The translations under genes and the position numbers were made by a program. From positions 100,368 through 164,367 of the forward strand of contig CAYRCK010000001.1 in NCBI GenBank assembly GCA_964422745.1: DNA of 64,000 nt, written 5' to 3'. The notes beneath the pieces were generated by a model. That model was not told the origin of the DNA and did no database searches. It worked only from the letters and a program-made list of their open reading frames with translations. Positions 59,427-64,000 of the stretch are shown here, piece after piece (the stretch's first letter is position 1; each line of letters starts with the position of its first letter). This DNA comes from an uncultured bacterium (GTDB lineage Bacteria > Krumholzibacteriota > Krumholzibacteriia > Krumholzibacteriales > Krumholzibacteriaceae).

Positions 59427-60086
59427 TTGGAGGGAGAGATAATGGAGCAATTCCTGAAGGACTGTGCGCAGTCGGTGATAGAAGGAGATGGAGAGAGATC
59501 GAAGGAGCTGGCCAGTGAAGCACTGGATAGGAAGCTTCCTCTGCTCGACGTTATCGAGAATGGCTTTGCCGATGGAATAAGGGAGGTCGGGCGCTTGTGG
59601 GAGGAGGGGACGATGTTTCTTCCGGAGCTTGTCATGGGCGCTGAATCGATGAAAGCCGCCATGGATGTGCTCGAGCCCGCGCTCAAGGGGAGCGGAGTAA
59701 ATCAGGGAGTGGCCGGGCGTATCGTCATAGGGACGATCGAGGGGGACATACACGATATAGGCAAGACGCTGGTGGCGACGTTGCTCGCGGCCAACGGATT
59801 CGAGGTGACCGACCTGGGGGCGGATGTTCCCGTGACGAGGTTCGTCGATGAGGCGAGCGAAAGGGAAGCTGGCTGTGTCGCCGTATCCGCGCTTCTCACC
59901 ACCACGATGGTCGGGCAAAAGAAGGTGGTAGAAGAGATAAAGAAGCGGTCACTCACGGGCAAGTTGAAGGTTATGATCGGCGGGGCTCCGTGCAGCGACG
60001 AATGGGCCAGCCAGATCGGCGCCGACGGGTATGCCGGAGACGCCGTGGCAGCCGTTGCGCTCGCCAGGAAGCTGTCCGAGTCCTAG
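59427..60086 (+). CDS. corrinoid (cobalamin-binding) protein of a methyltransferase system
   Basis: B12-binding_2 cap plus a Rossmann B12 domain with DxHxxG (GDIHDIGKT), SxL (VSALLTT) and GG (MIGGAP) motifs. Confidence 0.85.
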   Translation: MEGEIMEQFLKDCAQSVIEGDGERSKELASEALDRKLPLLDVIENGFADGIREVGRLWEEGTMFLPELVMGAESMKAAMDVLEPALKGSGVNQGVAGRIVIGTIEGDIHDIGKTLVATLLAANGFEVTDLGADVPVTRFVDEASEREAGCVAVSALLTTTMVGQKKVVEEIKKRSLTGKLKVMIGGAPCSDEWASQIGADGYAGDAVAAVALARKLSES

Positions 60087-60113
60087 CTGGTGCGGACTGA
60101 CGGAGAATGACAT

Positions 60114-61016
60114 ATGGGAAATAATTTGATGGACGCCGTCGGCCGGAGGGTAATCCTGTTCGATGGAGGAATGGGGAGCATGCTGATATCCAGAGGGCTC
60201 AGGGAGGGAGACGTCCCCGAATCCTGGAATTTCTCCCGGGGCGACGACCTCATCGAGATACACAGGGCCTACCTCGAGTCCGGGGCCGAGGTGATACAGG
60301 CGAATACATTCGGCGCGAACCGGATAAAGCTCTCCTCCTCGAGGCAGGGGAGCGGGATCGACGTGGGTGAAGCGAACGAGCGGGCCGTAGGCCTGGCGAG
60401 AAGGGCGCTGGAGGAACACGGCGAGCCTGATCGGTTTCTTGCCGGTGACATCGGACCGACGGGGATGTTCTTCGAGCCCGTGGGGAAATTGGAGGCGAAA
60501 GACGCCAGGGACGCATTCAGGGAGCAGGCCTCGGCTCTTGAAAGGGCCGGAGTCGATCTCTTTCTCATCGAGACGATGTACGATCTTCGAGAGGCGGTCG
60601 AGGCTCTGGGGGCCGTAAGGGATGTTTCCGATAAACCCGTGGTGGTTGAGCTCACTTTCGAGAAAAAACCGCGGGGCTACTATACGATGTTCGGGGATAC
60701 GCCACGCAAGGGCGCAGAGGTGCTCCTGGAGAACGGAGCGGATATGATAGGGGCGAACTGCACGGTCTCGAGCGCCGATATGATCGGTCTTGCCGTGGAG
60801 TTCAGAGGCTTTACGGAAGCTCCGTTGATATTCCAGCCGAACGCCGGGCGCCCGGAGATGGAGGGAGGCTCCGCGGTTTACAGGCAGACACCCGAGGAAT
60901 TCGTTGCAGATATGGCCGGGATAGTGAATGCCGGTGCGGACGCCGTGGGCGGGTGCTGCGGCACGACACCGGAGTTTATCAGCGAGCTCCACGGGTATCT
61001 GGCCGGCGACCGGTGA
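60114..61016 (+). CDS. homocysteine S-methyltransferase-domain protein (MetH Hcy-binding module homolog, stand-alone)
   Basis: PF02574-type TIM barrel: ILFDGGMGSML; EVIQANTFGAN; Zn-thiolate ligands C in IGANCT and CC in GGCCGTTPEF. Confidence 0.8.
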   Translation: MGNNLMDAVGRRVILFDGGMGSMLISRGLREGDVPESWNFSRGDDLIEIHRAYLESGAEVIQANTFGANRIKLSSSRQGSGIDVGEANERAVGLARRALEEHGEPDRFLAGDIGPTGMFFEPVGKLEAKDARDAFREQASALERAGVDLFLIETMYDLREAVEALGAVRDVSDKPVVVELTFEKKPRGYYTMFGDTPRKGAEVLLENGADMIGANCTVSSADMIGLAVEFRGFTEAPLIFQPNAGRPEMEGGSAVYRQTPEEFVADMAGIVNAGADAVGGCCGTTPEFISELHGYLAGDR

Positions 61017-61029
61017 TGGAGGAAAGCGC

Positions 61030-61677
61030 GTGACCGAGATAGTTGTAAGCGAAGGGTTCGAGGTCGGTATAAGCCGCTCCGAGGTGTTGAGGATGCTCGG
61101 GATCAAACTCGGCTCCGGCAAAGAAGAGGGCGAAAGGCTCAGGAGAGTGGTCGACTCGTCGCTGCAAATCGCGCGGGGGCTCATGCGGACAGCGGGCTTG
61201 TACCGTTTCGTGCCAGGCGTCGATTACCCGGTCAGAGGCATGTTCGACGAGCTGGAAAGGATGGCGTTTTGCATATGCACCATCGGGCCCGACCTGGAAA
61301 ACGAAGTTACGGCGCTCGCAAACAGCGGCAAGCTTCTAGAGTCCGTCGTATTGGATTCGGTAGGGTCTGTGGCTGCGGATTCGGCGGCGGACTATATGGA
61401 AGGTGAGATAAGCGGTGAAGCGGCGGAGGCGGGCCTCAGGATCTCCTGCCGGGCCAGCCCGGGATACGGGGACTGGGACATCAAGGGGCAGGCGGGCATA
61501 TTCGAGGTCCTTCCGGGAAAGAGGATAGGTGTAGAGCTTAAGGCGAGTTTCATGATGATTCCAAGGAAGTCGGTATCCTTCGCCGTCGACGTGTCGAAGA
61601 ATCCGGCCAGGATGCGAAGTGAGAACTCGTGCCGTAACTGCGGCAGGCTGGACTGCATATATAAAAAGGACACTTGA
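61030..61677 (+). CDS. MetH reactivation-domain-like protein (AdoMet-binding activation module) with C-terminal Cys motif
   Basis: GTG start with RBS GGAGG. RASPGYGDWDIKGQ aligns with the E. coli MetH activation-domain motif RPAPGYPACPEHTEK. The C-terminus carries CRNCGRLDC. Confidence 0.55.
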   Translation: MTEIVVSEGFEVGISRSEVLRMLGIKLGSGKEEGERLRRVVDSSLQIARGLMRTAGLYRFVPGVDYPVRGMFDELERMAFCICTIGPDLENEVTALANSGKLLESVVLDSVGSVAADSAADYMEGEISGEAAEAGLRISCRASPGYGDWDIKGQAGIFEVLPGKRIGVELKASFMMIPRKSVSFAVDVSKNPARMRSENSCRNCGRLDCIYKKDT

Positions 61678-61809
61678 CGGGGAGAGTGATCTACAACCCC
61701 CTCGGGGCCGGTGGTTACTCGAAGTGTTTCGGGGGCTGCGGGCGGCCGCGCCCATGTCGTGCGCGGGGCGAGCGAAACGGATACTTCTCAAGGAAAGGTG
61801 GAGCGGCAG

Positions 61810-63285
61810 ATGAGCATCAATCCAAGAGTCGGCTGGTTCGGTGAGAAGGACAGGGAGAGGATCGTGGACGAGGCGGTCAAGATCCTCGAGGATGTGGGAG
61901 TGTTTGTCGAGAACGACGAGGCGCTTTCTCTTCTAGACGGTGCGGGTGCTCGTGTGGACGCGAAAAAGGGGAGGGTTATGATCGACGGGTCCTTGGTGAG
62001 GAAGGCGCTCGAAACCGCACCACGGAGGATCATCGTATACGACAGGCATGGCGAGCCGGCCATGGACCTGGGGGAGGACCGTATTCATTTCAATCCGGGA
62101 TCGGCGGCGCTGAGGATATTCGACAGGGCCGGCGGGAGGGCTCGGACTCCCCGGACGGAAGACCTCGTCAAGTTCTCCACGCTGATCGATGCCCTTCCGA
62201 ACTACGCGGCCCAGAGCACCGGCGTGATCCCTGCAGATGTGCACGAGGATATCGCAGACCGTTACAGGTTGTATATAGCGCTGCAGTATTCGGTGAAGCC
62301 CATCGTCACCGGGACGTTCAAGGTGGATGCATTCCGGGTGATGCACGAGATGCTCTCCGCCGTGGCCGGTGACCAGGACATGCTGCGGGAGAAACCCATG
62401 GCTATATTCGACTGCTGCCCATCGCCGCCCCTCAAATGGAGCGATCTTACGGCGCAGGCGCTCATAGACTGCGCAAGGACGGGGATTCCGGCGGAATTGG
62501 TTTCGATGCCTCTCACGGGGGCGACTTCACCGGTTACTCTCGCCGGGGCGGTAACACAGCACTGCGCGGAGAACCTCAGCGGGATAGTGATCCACCAGCT
62601 GGCATCGGCCGGGGCGCCGATCATCTACGGAGGCTCTCCGGCGTGTTTCGACATGAGGAAGGGAACTACGCCGATGGGAGCCGTGGAAACGCAGATGATA
62701 GACGGGGCATACGCGGAGATCGGGAAGCATCTAGGGATGCCGACTCACGCGTACATGGGGCTCAGTGATTCGAAGACCGTTGATTATCAGGCGGGGATGG
62801 AGAGCGCCATGGGGGCCGCGATCGCCGCGCTCAGCGGTGTCAACAACGTCTCCGGCCCCGGCATGCTCGATTTCGAATCCTGCCAGAGCCTCGAGAAGCT
62901 GGTGCTGGACCACGAAGTGTGCGGGATGGCCCTGCGCCTGGCATCCGGGATAGAGCTCAGGGATGATCCGATAGCCCTGCCGTTGATAAGCGAGGCGCTC
63001 GAGAAGAAGGAGTTCCTGTCGCTCCCGCATACGGCCAGGTGGTTCCGCAAGGAGGCATATTTCCCCGATGCTGTTATTGACCGTGACACCCTGGAGGAAT
63101 GGGAGAGTAAGGGGGGGCGTGATGCTGCCGAAAGAGCGTCGCGGCGTGTCGAGAGCATACTGGACGGGCATACGCCCGAGCCGCTGGACGAGGATGTAAG
63201 GGCCTTCATAGAGGGATTGATGGAGAAGGAAGCCGCCCGGGTAGGAATGGCCGGACTGCCGGCCGTCGAAGGGTCGTCCGGGTGA
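61810..63285 (+). CDS. MttB-superfamily methyltransferase, non-pyrrolysine type (candidate quaternary-amine:corrinoid methyltransferase)
   Basis: I chose the ATG at 61810 (RBS AAAGGTGGAG). The 491-aa ORF is uninterrupted, with no in-frame TAG, and shows MttB-family conservation across its length (VGWFGEKDRERIVDEAVKILEDVG...FDCCPSPPLKW...IYGGSPACFDM...). Confidence 0.8.
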   Translation: MSINPRVGWFGEKDRERIVDEAVKILEDVGVFVENDEALSLLDGAGARVDAKKGRVMIDGSLVRKALETAPRRIIVYDRHGEPAMDLGEDRIHFNPGSAALRIFDRAGGRARTPRTEDLVKFSTLIDALPNYAAQSTGVIPADVHEDIADRYRLYIALQYSVKPIVTGTFKVDAFRVMHEMLSAVAGDQDMLREKPMAIFDCCPSPPLKWSDLTAQALIDCARTGIPAELVSMPLTGATSPVTLAGAVTQHCAENLSGIVIHQLASAGAPIIYGGSPACFDMRKGTTPMGAVETQMIDGAYAEIGKHLGMPTHAYMGLSDSKTVDYQAGMESAMGAAIAALSGVNNVSGPGMLDFESCQSLEKLVLDHEVCGMALRLASGIELRDDPIALPLISEALEKKEFLSLPHTARWFRKEAYFPDAVIDRDTLEEWESKGGRDAAERASRRVESILDGHTPEPLDEDVRAFIEGLMEKEAARVGMAGLPAVEGSSG

Positions 63286-63295
63286 GAGGGCGTGT

Positions 63296-63991
63296 TTGAT
63301 CTTGGGACGCGGGGATCCCGCCGGCGTGACGGAGATGAAGGAAAGATATTTTACACCCGGCAGCATCCGTGAAAAGGCGATGCGCATGATCGGGGAGCTG
63401 CCAGCCAGCTGCCGAGGCCGGTCCCCGTACTTCGATCCGGCCAGATCCGCTCTGCTCGTTCTGGATATGCAAAGGTATTTCTTGGACGAGGGCTCCCACG
63501 CCTATGTGCCGAGCGCGAGGACGGTCGTCCCGGGGATCAGGAGGCTGTCGGAGGCTTTCATCGGCATCGGAAGGCCGGTGATAACCACACGCCATCTCAA
63601 CACGGAGTCCGACGCCGGGATGATGGCGGTATGGTGGAAGGATCTCATTGCCGAGGGGCAGGAGCGGAGTGAGATCATCGATGAGCTCGCCATCGAGGGA
63701 GCACATGTTATCGTCAAATCCCAGTACGATGCCTTCCACGGCGGAGCGTTGGAAGGGATCCTGGCGGACAGCGGTACGGAGCAGGTCGTGATAACGGGTG
63801 TGTTGACGCATCTCTGTTGCGAGACTACGGCCAGGAGCGGATTTGTCATGGGGTATTCCATATTTCTGGCGGTTGACGGGACCGCGACGTATAATGAGGC
63901 CTTTCACCGTGCATCCCTTCTGAACCTCTCTCATGGATTCGCCGTTCCTATGCTCGTGGGGGATCTTATCGGGCGTATCGGGGGGCGTTAG
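63296..63991 (+). CDS. isochorismatase-family cysteine hydrolase
   Basis: ALLVLDMQRYF (catalytic Asp), K in VIVKSQYDAF, and the Cys nucleophile context VVITGVLTHLCCETTARSG. Confidence 0.8.
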   Translation: MILGRGDPAGVTEMKERYFTPGSIREKAMRMIGELPASCRGRSPYFDPARSALLVLDMQRYFLDEGSHAYVPSARTVVPGIRRLSEAFIGIGRPVITTRHLNTESDAGMMAVWWKDLIAEGQERSEIIDELAIEGAHVIVKSQYDAFHGGALEGILADSGTEQVVITGVLTHLCCETTARSGFVMGYSIFLAVDGTATYNEAFHRASLLNLSHGFAVPMLVGDLIGRIGGR

Positions 63992-64000
63992 ATGTGGAAA

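Overview
The window is a 64-kb, high-GC (~60%) stretch of a bacterial chromosome centred on the replication origin. The left arm (1-36.7 kb) is almost entirely minus-strand and carries the classic origin-proximal block rpmH-rnpA-yidD-yidC-jag-mnmE-mnmG-rsmG-parA-parB. Beyond it lie mfd, ftsEX-envC, pdxA, holB, three tandem SurA/PpiC-type chaperones, a MoxR-DUF58-VWA(BatA-like) operon and a very large secreted S8 protease. The right arm (37.2-49.4 kb) is plus-strand: dnaA-dnaN-recF-DUF721(DciA/RemB-like)-gyrB-gyrA-hflX. DnaA-box clusters lie both upstream of dnaA and in the dnaA-dnaN spacer, which also holds a strong AT-rich unwinding element. Two secreted proteins end in a T9SS/Por-type C-terminal sorting domain, which suggests an FCB-group or related candidate-phylum lineage. 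I found no tRNA, rRNA, CRISPR array or obvious mobile element. The most unusual content is a four-gene plus-strand cluster at 59.4-63.3 kb that looks like a MetH taken apart into separate proteins, with its methyl-THF-binding module swapped for a trimethylamine-methyltransferase-family enzyme. The second is a compact minus-strand operon at 24.7-28.9 kb with two consensus parS sites placed 5' of it at 29.05-29.10 kb: beta-helix lipoprotein, parA, parB, active M23 peptidase, bactofilin. The ORF track translates GTG/TTG as M and reports the longest ORFs, so several true starts are downstream of the listed ones. My hand-counted coordinates for short motifs may be off by one.
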